Of a DNA stretch of 64,000 nt, positions 1 through 12,070 are shown in pieces. The notes beneath the pieces were generated by a model, which was given only the letters and a program-made list of their open reading frames with translations, was not told the DNA's origin and did not search any database. How positions within the stretch are numbered: position 1 is the first letter of the stretch; every line of letters begins with the position of its first letter. The DNA lies in contig JAIEDA010000004.1 in assembly GCA_029068165.1 (NCBI GenBank), forward strand, positions 7,756-71,755. Direction: 5' to 3'. Source of the stretch: Clostridia bacterium (lineage in GTDB: Bacteria; Bacillota; Clostridia; Christensenellales; UBA3700). Position numbers and translations under genes: made by a program.

Positions 1-1
1 C

Positions 2-2806
<2,805 letters not shown>

Positions 2807-2907
2807 TTATATTTATCTCATAGAATACGTCTATTATATTATAGCATATTATATTAACGTTGCCAACCCCAAATTACGCAATTTTTTTTGATTGATTTTT
2901 TTACAAT

Positions 2908-3783
2908 TCATATAATTTCCTGCAAACGTTTTAAAAAAATCTCCGCGGATTTAGGAAATACTTGATACTTCTTCCACGCTATATCGAGATGAGATATAAG
3001 TTGCGGATAAAGCGGTCTAAAACACAAATTACTGTTTCCGTCAGTTTTGATTATTTTGTCTAGACATAGAGCATAACCTATCCCCTCTTCAACAAGAATT
3101 GAAGCATTATACAATAGATTGTAAGTTGCTACGATATTTAGTTCTTCCGCGCTCTTGCGAAACCAATCCGCTATAATGCTTTTACCCAAAGAATGTTTGG
3201 AGCGAATAAGCGGTTTATCCCATAAATCTTCGGGCGCGATATATTCCTTTTCGGCAAGCGGACTGTCTTTGCGCATAAGCACTCCCCAAGTATCGGTAAG
3301 AGGCAAACGAAGATAATCGTATTTAGAAAGGTCGGCAGGCTCAATAAAAATACCAAAGTCTATAAGTCCTTTGTCGAGTTTTTCGGAAACTGCTTCCATA
3401 TCGCCGCTAAACAAATGGAATCGCACTTTCGGATATTCGCTTTGGACGGAACGCGCCGCTTTAGCGATAAGTCCCATTGCGTAGCTTTCTCCGCCGCCGA
3501 TATAAACGTCTCCGCTTATCTCGGTTATAGGCGTATTAAGTTCGGCTTCCGTTTGATTGTACAACTCAACAATTTCTTCCGCGCGTTTACGAAGCAAAAG
3601 TCCCGTTTGCGTAAGCGTTATTTTACGCGCGCCGCGAATAAAGAGTTGCTGCCCTATTTCTCTCTCAAGATTTTGCATTTGCCTAGATAAATTGGGTTGA
3701 GTAATAAATAACGCCTCCGCCGCTTTAGATACGCTTTGCTCTCTTGCTACTGCCAAAAAATATTTTAATTCCCTTAATTCCAT
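2908..3783 (-). CDS. LysR family transcriptional regulator
   Basis: N-terminal HTH MELRELKYFLAVAREQSVSKAAEALFITQPNLSRQ plus a substrate-binding domain. Start reassigned to ATG 3783. Divergent from the acetyltransferase operon. Confidence 0.93.
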   Translation of the reverse strand: MELRELKYFLAVAREQSVSKAAEALFITQPNLSRQMQNLEREIGQQLFIRGARKITLTQTGLLLRKRAEEIVELYNQTEAELNTPITEISGDVYIGGGESYAMGLIAKAARSVQSEYPKVRFHLFSGDMEAVSEKLDKGLIDFGIFIEPADLSKYDYLRLPLTDTWGVLMRKDSPLAEKEYIAPEDLWDKPLIRSKHSLGKSIIADWFRKSAEELNIVATYNLLYNASILVEEGIGYALCLDKIIKTDGNSNLCFRPLYPQLISHLDIAWKKYQVFPKSAEIFLKRLQEII

Positions 3784-3861
3784 ATTGCGCCGCCTTTTTA
3801 TGCAGTATATCACAAAAATAGTATGCCTGTCAATTATGGGTAAGCGATAAAATATAAGCAT

Positions 3862-3890
3862 TTGACATACTAAGATATATCTAATAAAAT
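3862..3890 (+). promoter_or_regulatory. Sigma-A-like promoter of the acetyltransferase/ADH operon
   Basis: TTGACA(3862)-17 bp-TAAAAT(3885), then SD AAGGAGG before ATG 3917. Confidence 0.7.
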
Positions 3891-3916
3891 ATCAGTATAG
3901 GTACAAGGAGGCGATT

Positions 3917-4486
3917 ATGAATACGGTACAGTTCAAAGAAGAAATGAAAAAGAAGACGTATATCGTTGCCAAATCCGAATCGCACTTACACATGCACGAA
4001 ATGGCTCAAAAAGCGCGAAGGATTACAATGAATATGAATAATGCTTTTCATACAAATGAGGAATTGCGCGATTTATTTTCTCAGCTTATAGGCAAAGCGG
4101 TCGACGACGGTTTTGGACTGTTCCCGCCGTTTTATACCGATTACGGACAAAATATCTCAGTAGGTAAAAACGTGTTCATCAATTCGGGATGTTGCTTTCA
4201 GGATCAGGGCGGCATAGAAATCGGAGATAACGTTCTTATAGGTCAACAAGTCGTATTGGCTACGTTAAATCACGATTTACTACCCGAAAATCGCGCAAAT
4301 ATGTCGCCCGCCCCGATAAAAATTGGCAACGACGTTTGGATAGGCGCGCACGCAACTATTCTTTCGGGAGTAACTATCAACAACGGATCGGTTGTAGCCG
4401 CGGGCGCGGTTGTGACGAAAGACGTGCCTGAAAACACGGTCGTAGCGGGAGTCCCCGCAAAAATTATAAAAACTATTAAGGAGTAA
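3917..4486 (+). CDS. Sugar O-acetyltransferase (maltose/galactoside acetyltransferase, hexapeptide repeat)
   Basis: [50 protein letters not shown] left-handed beta-helix motifs. Confidence 0.9.
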   Translation: MNTVQFKEEMKKKTYIVAKSESHLHMHEMAQKARRITMNMNNAFHTNEELRDLFSQLIGKAVDDGFGLFPPFYTDYGQNISVGKNVFINSGCCFQDQGGIEIGDNVLIGQQVVLATLNHDLLPENRANMSPAPIKIGNDVWIGAHATILSGVTINNGSVVAAGAVVTKDVPENTVVAGVPAKIIKTIKE

Positions 4487-4490
4487 AAAT

Positions 4491-5657
4491 ATGATTGGAA
4501 ATTTCACTTACTGTAACCCCACCAAACTCTATTTCGGTAAAGACGCTTTGAACGGTCTTAACGAAGAACTGCCCAAATACGGCAAAAACGTATTGCTTGT
4601 TTACGGCGGAGGTTCTATTAAGAAAAACGGTATCTACGATAAAGTAGTTGCCATTCTCAAAGCTAACGGCAAAGAGATTTACGAAGACGCAGGCGTTATG
4701 CCCAACCCCACTGCAAAAAAACTCAACGAAGGTATCGAACTCGCTAAAAAAGCAAAAGCCGATTTGATTTTGGCTGTCGGCGGCGGCTCGGTATGCGACT
4801 ACGCAAAAGCCGTTTCGGTTTCGGTAAACTGCAACGACGATGCTTGGGAGAAATATTTTATTCGTTTTGAGGACGTTACTTGCGATATAATCCCCGTAGG
4901 TTGCGTACTGACGATGGTCGGCACCGGCAGCGAAATGAACGGCGGCTCAGTAATTACCAACCACGAACAAAAGCTCAAGATCGGACACGTTTTCGGCGAC
5001 AACGTATTCCCAAAATTTTCTATATTGAACCCCGAATTTACCTACACATTGCCCAAATATCAAATGGTATCGGGCATTTATGATATTATGTCGCATATTC
5101 TCGAACAATACTTTTCAGGCGCGGATGACAATACTTCCGATTACATTATGGAAGGGCTTTTACGCTCGCTTATTCACAGCGCGAATATAGCTGTTGAAAA
5201 TCCCAACGACTATGAGGCGCGAAGCAATATTATGTGGACGGCTACTTGGGCGTTAAATACTCTCGTTGCAAAAGGTAAGACTACCGATTGGATGGTTCAC
5301 ATGCTCGGTCAAGCGGTTGCAGCCTACACCGACGCAACGCACGGAATGACGCTTGCGGCGGTTTCTATGCCGTACTACAAATATATACTGCCCTACGGTA
5401 CGGCAAAGTTTGCCCGTTACGCTGTGAACGTTTGGAACGTAAATCCCGAAGGAAAAACCGACGTTCAAATTGCCAATGAAGGTTTAACCGTTATGGAAAA
5501 TTGGATGAAGAAAATCGATCTTGTTATGAATATAACCGAACTCGGCGCAACAAAAGATATGCTTGAAGGAATGGTAAAAAGCACTCTCGTTATGGACGGC
5601 GGATACAAAGTGTTGAGCGAGAACGATATTCGCGCCGTACTTAATGCAAGTTTTTAA
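4491..5657 (+). CDS. Iron-containing alcohol dehydrogenase (butanol dehydrogenase-like)
   Basis: NPTKLYFG, GGGSIKKNG, AVGGGSVCD, GTGSEMN and metal ligands D..SH, H.LG, HG. Confidence 0.92.
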   Translation: MIGNFTYCNPTKLYFGKDALNGLNEELPKYGKNVLLVYGGGSIKKNGIYDKVVAILKANGKEIYEDAGVMPNPTAKKLNEGIELAKKAKADLILAVGGGSVCDYAKAVSVSVNCNDDAWEKYFIRFEDVTCDIIPVGCVLTMVGTGSEMNGGSVITNHEQKLKIGHVFGDNVFPKFSILNPEFTYTLPKYQMVSGIYDIMSHILEQYFSGADDNTSDYIMEGLLRSLIHSANIAVENPNDYEARSNIMWTATWALNTLVAKGKTTDWMVHMLGQAVAAYTDATHGMTLAAVSMPYYKYILPYGTAKFARYAVNVWNVNPEGKTDVQIANEGLTVMENWMKKIDLVMNITELGATKDMLEGMVKSTLVMDGGYKVLSENDIRAVLNASF

Positions 5658-5736
5658 TTCAAAATCAAAGGAGTACTAAAAACTGCTTTCCCCGAACAAG
5701 TTTATGAAGCGGGTAAAAACGTTTAAGCGAAAATTT

Positions 5737-6297
5737 ATGAAAAAACTTTTTACGCTACTTATTGTTATTTGCGTATTGGCGTGTTTAACTTTTGCTGGAT
5801 GTATGGACTCTAACGAACCGCTACCGCCTACAAAAAACGAAAACGGTAATCCTACGGAAGTTTTGCCCGAACAACCTGCCGAAAACGAAGGCTCAACAAT
5901 TCCGCCTGATACGGAACTGCCCGAACAAGCGAAAATCACCAAAATGTATATTACGATCAACGGAAACAAATTAGAAATAACGCTTGCCGAAAATTCCTCG
6001 GTTGACGCGCTTGTAGAAAAATTAAAGCAAGGCGACATAACGTACACGGCTAGCGACTACGGCGGTTTTGAAAAAGTCGGAAGTTTAGGTTTTGGCCTGC
6101 CGACAAATAATACTCAAATAACTACGCAAGCCGGCGACGTCGTCCTTTATTCAGGAAATCAAATCGTTCTTTTCTACGGCAGCAATTCGTGGTCTTATAC
6201 TAGGTTGGGGAAAATCAACGGCTACTCCGTATCGGAACTTAAAACTTTACTCGGCGCAGGAAGCAACAACGTGCAAGTTACGATAAGTTTGTCGTAA
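5737..6297 (+). CDS. Lipoprotein with cyclophilin-like fold
   Basis: Signal/lipobox LTFAGC, Pro/Glu linker, then LAENSSVDAL...DYGGFEKVGSL...GDVVLYSGNQIVLFYGSNSWSYTRLGKI typical of the cyclophilin-like fold family. Confidence 0.82.
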   Translation: MKKLFTLLIVICVLACLTFAGCMDSNEPLPPTKNENGNPTEVLPEQPAENEGSTIPPDTELPEQAKITKMYITINGNKLEITLAENSSVDALVEKLKQGDITYTASDYGGFEKVGSLGFGLPTNNTQITTQAGDVVLYSGNQIVLFYGSNSWSYTRLGKINGYSVSELKTLLGAGSNNVQVTISLS

Positions 6298-6341
6298 AAG
6301 TTAATACTTTTTCAAGTTTGTGACATAAATAAAACTCAATT

Positions 6342-6419
6342 TGGCACTATGGCGGCGCTTGGCGGCAAGCGAAGCCGCTTGTAATATCAAGCTCCTGCCA
6401 CAGCGCCATTTTATTTTTT
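6342..6419 (+). terminator. Long nested hairpin followed by a U-tract
   Basis: TGGCACTATGGCGG...GCGGCAAGCGAAGCCGC...CTGCCACAGCGCCA followed by TTTTATTTTTT. Confidence 0.5.
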
Positions 6420-6434
6420 ATTGGTTTTAATAAC

Positions 6435-6463
6435 TTGACTTTAAAGCAGCATTTAGATATAAT
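6435..6463 (+). promoter_or_regulatory. Sigma-A promoter of pnuC
   Basis: TTGACT(6435)-17 bp-TATAAT(6458). Confidence 0.75.
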
Positions 6464-6486
6464 GATTAAAATTATAGAATTTTAGC

Positions 6487-6571
6487 AAGTGCTACCGAGT
6501 ACTTACAAATGCAACGGCATTTTACTTATATCGTCAGGTCTTAGAAGATATAAGCAAAGTGCCATTTTTTT
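6487..6571 (+). promoter_or_regulatory. Candidate attenuator/riboswitch leader (small hairpin, 11-codon uORF, terminator-like hairpin)
   Basis: AAGTGCT-accg-AGTACTT hairpin. Then GGCATTTTACTTATATC / GATATAAGCAAAGTGCC 17-bp stem followed by ATTTTTTT just before SD GGAGG. uORF 6509-6544 MQRHFTYIVRS*. Confidence 0.55.
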
Positions 6572-6580
6572 GGAGGCGCT

Positions 6581-7279
6581 ATGAAAAAGTTTCTAAAAAA
6601 TATTACCCTTGTTGAATGGTTGATTTGGGGTATAAGCGTAATCTCAATCATTGTATTTTTCTTTGTTTTCAAAAACACACAATATCTATATTTGGTTGGG
6701 TCGTTGATTGGCGTAACTGCTTTGATATTTGTTTCAAAGGGCAACCCTATCGGACAATTTTTAACGATAGTATTCAGTGTGTTTTACGGATTCATCTCAT
6801 ATTCATTTAATTACTACGGTGAAATGATAACATACTTGGGAATGAGCGCGCCTATTGCTTTATGGGCTTTAATATCATGGTTGCGCAACCCATACAAAGG
6901 CGATAAAAGCGAGGTTAAAGTTAATTCGTTATCAAAAAAAGAATGGTGCTTGTTCTTAGCTGCGGTAGGCATTATTACTGTATCGTTTTTCTTTGTACTA
7001 CAAGCCCTTAATACCGCAAACTTAATAATCAGCACTATTTCAGTACTCACGTCGTTTTCAGCGGCATATTTAACTGCTAGAAGAAGTCGCTTTTACGCAA
7101 TAGGTTACGGCGCAAATGATATCGTCTTGATAATAATGTGGACTATAGCGAGTTACGAAAATATTACATACTTACCTATGGTTATATGTTTTATTGCGTT
7201 CTTTGTTATAGACACATACGGTTTTATAAATTGGAGCATTATGAATAAAAAACAAAATCAAGAGAAGAAAAAACGATAA
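6581..7279 (+). CDS. pnuC: PnuC-family vitamin/nucleoside transporter (nicotinamide riboside-type)
   Basis: Multi-TM protein with GSLIGVTALIFVSKGNPIGQ, YYGEM, W..W, ANDIVLI..W and YGFINW motifs of the PnuC family. Confidence 0.85.
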   Translation: MKKFLKNITLVEWLIWGISVISIIVFFFVFKNTQYLYLVGSLIGVTALIFVSKGNPIGQFLTIVFSVFYGFISYSFNYYGEMITYLGMSAPIALWALISWLRNPYKGDKSEVKVNSLSKKEWCLFLAAVGIITVSFFFVLQALNTANLIISTISVLTSFSAAYLTARRSRFYAIGYGANDIVLIIMWTIASYENITYLPMVICFIAFFVIDTYGFINWSIMNKKQNQEKKKR

Positions 7280-7437
7280 AATATGTTTTTCATTGCGCCA
7301 AATCGTAGCATAAAATCAATGCATCAACTAATTTAAAAAAAGCAGCATTTGGTATTTTTATAATTAGATTTGATATAGAGTCATACAACTGTCAAACGAG
7401 ATATAGCGCTGGTTAAAGTATGATTTTTGAATATATA

Positions 7438-7472
7438 AAAACGCAACCTAATATTCAAATTAGATTGCGTTT
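7438..7472 (-). terminator. Hairpin terminator after tRNA-Arg
   Basis: AAACGCAACCTAAT...ATTAGATTGCGTTT inverted repeat directly 3' of the tRNA. Confidence 0.55.
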
Positions 7473-7548
7473 GGTGCACCCAAAGAGACTCGAACTCCCA
7501 ACCTTTCGGTCCGTAGCCGAACGCTCTATCCAATTGAGCTATGAGTGC
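7472..7548 (-). tRNA. tRNA-Arg(ACG)
   Basis: Reverse complement GCACTCATAGCTCAATTGGATAGAGCGTTCGGCTACGGACCGAAAGGTTGGGAGTTCGAGTCTCTTTGGGTGCACCA: cloverleaf, anticodon ACG, encoded CCA. Confidence 0.96.
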
Positions 7549-7697
7549 ATACTGTTTTGCTACATTTGACATTATAGTGAATAAATCAAAGTTTGTCAAG
7601 CGTTTGTTTGTACCAAGTTTAATTGCGAACGTTCATATTCTCGCTTCTATTCGATGCTATAACAATTAGGCTGCGACGCGCTTGAATTTCGCCGTTT

Positions 7698-8930
7698 TTA
7701 TTTCTCCGTTTCCGTATATTTGGGAAGTTCTACTATGAATTTAGTGTACTGCCCTACCTGACTTTCGCAAGTAATATCGCCTTTCAGCGACTGCACGATA
7801 GACTGCGCGATACTAAGTCCCAAACCAAATGAATTGCTCGTTTCTTTATGGGAAAGGTCAGCTTTGAAAAATCTATTGAAAATATTCTTTATATCTTCAG
7901 GAGAAATCCCCTCGCCGGTATTGTAAAAACTCAAGACGACGTTCTTTCGCTGTCTCGATATATCAACTTTAATTTTGCCGCCGTGAGGCGTGTACTTTAT
8001 CGCGTTGTCAAGCAATATGCTAGTCAGCTTCTCTATCTCAGTTTTGTTCGCGATGACTTTTAGTGTTTCGCGCGCCGAAAACGACAGGCTAATGGATTTT
8101 TCGTAACAAGTCGCTTCAAACGATAGCATCATACCCTCGACGATATCGTTTACCTCCAAAGGCGTTCTCTCAACTGACGTATTCGTCGCTTCAAACTTAG
8201 TAAGTTCCAACATATCCAAAATCAACGTATGCATTCTTCCTACTTGATACTCCGCCGATTCCAACCACTTTTTGTTGTCCTCCACTGTCGCGCTCGGATC
8301 GCTTCCTATAAGTTCCAAATTAGTACGCACGATTGTAAGCGGAGTCTTGAGTTCGTGCGAAGCGTTGGCAATCAGCTCTTGCTGACGCGCAAACGACTGC
8401 TTAACGGGTTGGATAGCCTTAGCGGCGTAAAAGTAATAGAACGCGAGTATCGCCATCATACTTATTACGCTTATGCAACCTAGCGTTGCCGCGAGCGTAC
8501 TTAGCGTTTGGTGAGTATCAGTATAATCTATAAGCACGTATTTAACGGTTTCCTTCTCCGTCAAACGACTTATAGATTTTTCAAACATATAGCGTTTGCC
8601 CGACTTGGTAGAAAACTTATTTCCGACGATTTTGCCTTCCGTAATTTTCTCTATAACTTCGTTTATCTCTTCTTCAGTAAAAGCGTCCTCTAGATAAAGC
8701 GGACTTAATTTGCCTTCGTCTACGAAAATATATATGAACTTATCGTTGTTTACCGAATCGAAGTAAGGTCTTGCTTGCGCCTTGAGCAAAGAGTTTTCAA
8801 CTTGAGCTATTGACTGCGTATAGGATATGCCGAAAATCAAAATACAGGCTAGGATTATAAATACCCAGCCCAACGTTACGGGCACGTAGAAAAACTTTCG
8901 TTGGAGTCTTTTTAAAATTTTATCGTCCAT
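7698..8930 (-). CDS. Sensor histidine kinase (2 TM, HisKA + HATPase)
   Basis: ANASHELKTPL H-box, ILLDNAIKY N-box, YNTGEGI, FNRFF, GLGLSIA. Confidence 0.93.
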   Translation of the reverse strand: MDDKILKRLQRKFFYVPVTLGWVFIILACILIFGISYTQSIAQVENSLLKAQARPYFDSVNNDKFIYIFVDEGKLSPLYLEDAFTEEEINEVIEKITEGKIVGNKFSTKSGKRYMFEKSISRLTEKETVKYVLIDYTDTHQTLSTLAATLGCISVISMMAILAFYYFYAAKAIQPVKQSFARQQELIANASHELKTPLTIVRTNLELIGSDPSATVEDNKKWLESAEYQVGRMHTLILDMLELTKFEATNTSVERTPLEVNDIVEGMMLSFEATCYEKSISLSFSARETLKVIANKTEIEKLTSILLDNAIKYTPHGGKIKVDISRQRKNVVLSFYNTGEGISPEDIKNIFNRFFKADLSHKETSNSFGLGLSIAQSIVQSLKGDITCESQVGQYTKFIVELPKYTETEK

Positions 8931-9619
8931 TATTCTTGATTTTGAGAAACGAGTTGATAACCCACGCCTCTAACGGAGTTTATTGCGAAATCAGCTTCGA
9001 TGAATTTGAGTTTTTTCCTCAAAAACGAGATAAACACTTCCAAGCTATTAGACTCGAAATCGTTGTCGAATCCCCATACTTTGTTTATGAGCATTTCTTT
9101 TTCGGCGACGTGTCTAGGTCTTTCAAAGAAGTATCTTATTATATCAAATTCTTTTTGAGAAAGTTTAACGCTCTTTTGTTGGCTTTCGTTGTACAACTGA
9201 TAAGAAGAAAGCTGCAAACACACGTTGCCGAAAGTGATAATATTGTCGGGCGTAGCGTCCGTCTTACGTCTAAGCAACGCTCTAATTCTTGCAAGAAGTT
9301 CGGCAGTTGAAAACGGCTTCGGCAAATAGTCGTCGGCTCCCAAGTCAAGACCTTTGACTTTATTGCTTTCTTGAGCAAGCGCGGAAAGCATAATCACGGG
9401 AGTAAGTATGCGCCGCTGTCTAATCTCTCTAAGGATATCAAAGCCGTTTTTCTTTGGAAGCATAACGTCCAAAATTATGCAATCAAATATATTTGACAGC
9501 GCAAGTTGAAGTCCGCTTTCGCCGTCGCTCGCCACTTGCACCTCGTATTTTTCTTTTACCAAAATCGTCTTTAGCGCGTCGCTCAAACTCAAAGAGTCCT
9601 CAACCAGCAAAATTCGCAT
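8930..9619 (-). CDS. OmpR-family response regulator
   Basis: MRILLVED, ILDVMLP, GADDYLPKPF, winged helix ISFLRKKL...VRGVGY. Overlaps the kinase start. Confidence 0.95.
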   Translation of the reverse strand: MRILLVEDSLSLSDALKTILVKEKYEVQVASDGESGLQLALSNIFDCIILDVMLPKKNGFDILREIRQRRILTPVIMLSALAQESNKVKGLDLGADDYLPKPFSTAELLARIRALLRRKTDATPDNIITFGNVCLQLSSYQLYNESQQKSVKLSQKEFDIIRYFFERPRHVAEKEMLINKVWGFDNDFESNSLEVFISFLRKKLKFIEADFAINSVRGVGYQLVSQNQE

Positions 9620-9880
9620 AAACTACTCCTTTCATATCGGTTGCCGCAAAAATATCCTATCTAGCGTATTTGCCGCAACTTTCTATATTATATCGTTATT
9701 ATATTAAAATGAAGAAAATTTTTCAAGAGTTTTAATATAATCTATACAATAGCTCAACTGACTATGCAACAACTCGCGTCTTCTCCAATATTTCGATTCT
9801 AAGCGAGAACGTTGAAACGGCAATCGGCTAGTCCGCGCAAAAATAATGGACGGCTGTCGCCGTCCATCTTCTATTTAAGT

Positions 9881-12064
9881 TTATTTCACGGAAACCGTAT
9901 CCTGAACTTTTACGCGACAGGTCGTTTCATCCGAACGCGTATAGTAATCGTGCTCCGCAGCCACTACGATTATATCGAAGTAGTCATCCGAATCCTGATC
10001 GTAAACTATACCGATTTCGTCAAGAGTTACCGTAAAGATAATCGCGCCGATCTCGTCCACGTCGGAAGATCTTCCAAGTTCCAACCTGTTTGCTCTATCT
10101 CCGTTGACTTCAAGATATACAACGTAATCGTAGCCGTTGGCAACGCCGTGCCAAGACACGTTGATAGCCGTAAAGTCGGACGAGAACGTTGCTTTAAGTT
10201 GTTCGGAATCGATAGCCTCGAGCTTCTCCGTCGTAGAGTACGATACCATTGATACCGAGGAGTTTTGAATATTCTCGTTCACGCTGAAGGCTTGCACTCT
10301 TACCGAGTGATTGCCCATAGAACTCAAGTATCTCGTCAAGTCGGCGGTATTGGAAGAAATATCGCTTCTCACTACCATAACTCCGTCAACGGTAATGATA
10401 TAGAAGTCAGCGTGCGGAACTTCAGCGAAAGTAAGCACGTAGTCGTCGCTGATTTGCAGTCCTTGCGGAGCTTGCAAAGTCATAACGCAGTTGTACTGAA
10501 TAGACGATTCCTCTCCGTCCACGTACATAGTCTTATGACCTTGATTGGTCAAATCGGTTTCGCTAGTAAAGTTGCCAAGCGGCATAACGCTAACGGTATA
10601 AGTGCCGATTTCCTTTACGTAGTCGGTAATATCAAGCTTTGTGTTTCCCTCGCCCTTTGTTTCGCCGACGACTTCGCCGTTGAGCATAAATCTATAGCCG
10701 CTTGCGAAATTTACTTTTGCGACGTTGCAAATAATTTTGCTGTTATGCTCTTCAATATTTATATCGGTAGGCTGAGCAAGCTTTTCAACGTAGATAATGT
10801 TTTTGCAGTTCTTGATTACGTGCGATTTTTGAGTATCGCGGAAGATTACCAAAGTATTTATATCTTGATACGTTTGGCAAGTGTGTCCCTCTTCCATCGT
10901 AACTTGCGCGCCGCCGATTATAGCGAGCGTGATATTTCCCTTAACCGTAGCCTTACTCGTATCGTCAAGAACTACCGTGTCCAAAGTGCCGTCTTTCTCC
11001 ACCGTCAAACTGCTGTCGATAAGATTGAGCGAACTTTCAATAGTTACGTTGCTATCGACGACCACGTTTGGACAAGCTGTTATAATTATTTCGCTTGTAG
11101 TAGAACCTACGATATCGCCCGAAAGACGTACGCTTTCAGCCTGTAGGCTCATATCCGTTCTGGAAAGGAAATTGCCAAGCTGAACGGATTTAGCGTTGAT
11201 CTCCAAATTCTCGCACGATACGTCCGCCATCAATACTACGTTCAGGTTGGGCGTATTGATAATAATATTCGTAGCCTCTAGATGCGCTTTCTTGGACGAG
11301 TATTCCGTCTTGGACTCTCGCGTGCCGATATAAAGCGTTCCCTCTCTTTCCGAGCTTATCGTAAAGTCGCCGTTTACTTTTAAAGTATGCTTATTGAAGT
11401 CGATACTATAAACGTCGTTGCCGCTTATCGTAATATCTTCGCTTTCTACGTTTTTGCTGAGCACGTAGAAATATTTATCCATACTGCCGGCGTTGCCGCC
11501 CGAGGTAAAGCCGTCGCCGCTCTTTACGAAAATTCTCGGAGCTCTATAGAATACGACCGGCAAAACTATACTCAGTATTATAGCGACCGCGACTACCGCG
11601 ATAGCGATAGCGATCAAGCCTTTCTTTTTCTTGCTTATAGATTTGTTGGAAGTAATCTTCCTCTTGGAGCTGCTTATGACTTCGACGGTGGGAATATCCG
11701 AAGCGCCGTCGTCCTCAGGTTGAGAAATTACCTCTACGTTGCTCTCGACTATTATCTCTTGTTCGGGCTCGCGAATTGGTTTCAAATCTATGTCCTCGAC
11801 GATATCGACTTCCGTATTCGTTTCCGCGGTCGCGTCAACTACGTCTTCTACGGCTTGTTCTTCTACCACAGCGTCGGCGCTTTGGTCTACGACTTCTGCG
11901 CTTGATTGCTCGGCAGGCTGTTCGTCGATTATAACTTCTTGCTCGACTACAACCGTTTCGTCGACTACGGAAGCGTTGTCAGCGACGTCGCCGTCTACGA
12001 CTGCTTCGACAGCTTCTTCGGTCTTTATCTCCTTTTCTTTGTCATCTTTATAGTTTTCCGACAT
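9881..12064 (-). CDS. Hypothetical single-pass membrane protein (acidic N-terminus, large beta-rich extracellular region)
   Basis: About 130-aa Glu/Asp/Val-rich N-terminus, KKKK plus TM segment, then beta-solenoid-like and Fn3-like (LQAPQGL, SVRVQA) segments. SD GAGGTG. Confidence 0.7.
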   Translation of the reverse strand: MSENYKDDKEKEIKTEEAVEAVVDGDVADNASVVDETVVVEQEVIIDEQPAEQSSAEVVDQSADAVVEEQAVEDVVDATAETNTEVDIVEDIDLKPIREPEQEIIVESNVEVISQPEDDGASDIPTVEVISSSKRKITSNKSISKKKKGLIAIAIAVVAVAIILSIVLPVVFYRAPRIFVKSGDGFTSGGNAGSMDKYFYVLSKNVESEDITISGNDVYSIDFNKHTLKVNGDFTISSEREGTLYIGTRESKTEYSSKKAHLEATNIIINTPNLNVVLMADVSCENLEINAKSVQLGNFLSRTDMSLQAESVRLSGDIVGSTTSEIIITACPNVVVDSNVTIESSLNLIDSSLTVEKDGTLDTVVLDDTSKATVKGNITLAIIGGAQVTMEEGHTCQTYQDINTLVIFRDTQKSHVIKNCKNIIYVEKLAQPTDINIEEHNSKIICNVAKVNFASGYRFMLNGEVVGETKGEGNTKLDITDYVKEIGTYTVSVMPLGNFTSETDLTNQGHKTMYVDGEESSIQYNCVMTLQAPQGLQISDDYVLTFAEVPHADFYIITVDGVMVVRSDISSNTADLTRYLSSMGNHSVRVQAFSVNENIQNSSVSMVSYSTTEKLEAIDSEQLKATFSSDFTAINVSWHGVANGYDYVVYLEVNGDRANRLELGRSSDVDEIGAIIFTVTLDEIGIVYDQDSDDYFDIIVVAAEHDYYTRSDETTCRVKVQDTVSVK

Positions 12065-12070
12065 TATAAC

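Noticed and set aside
7381-7599. 72-aa ORF
   Set aside because: Overlaps tRNA-Arg and its promoter; spurious.
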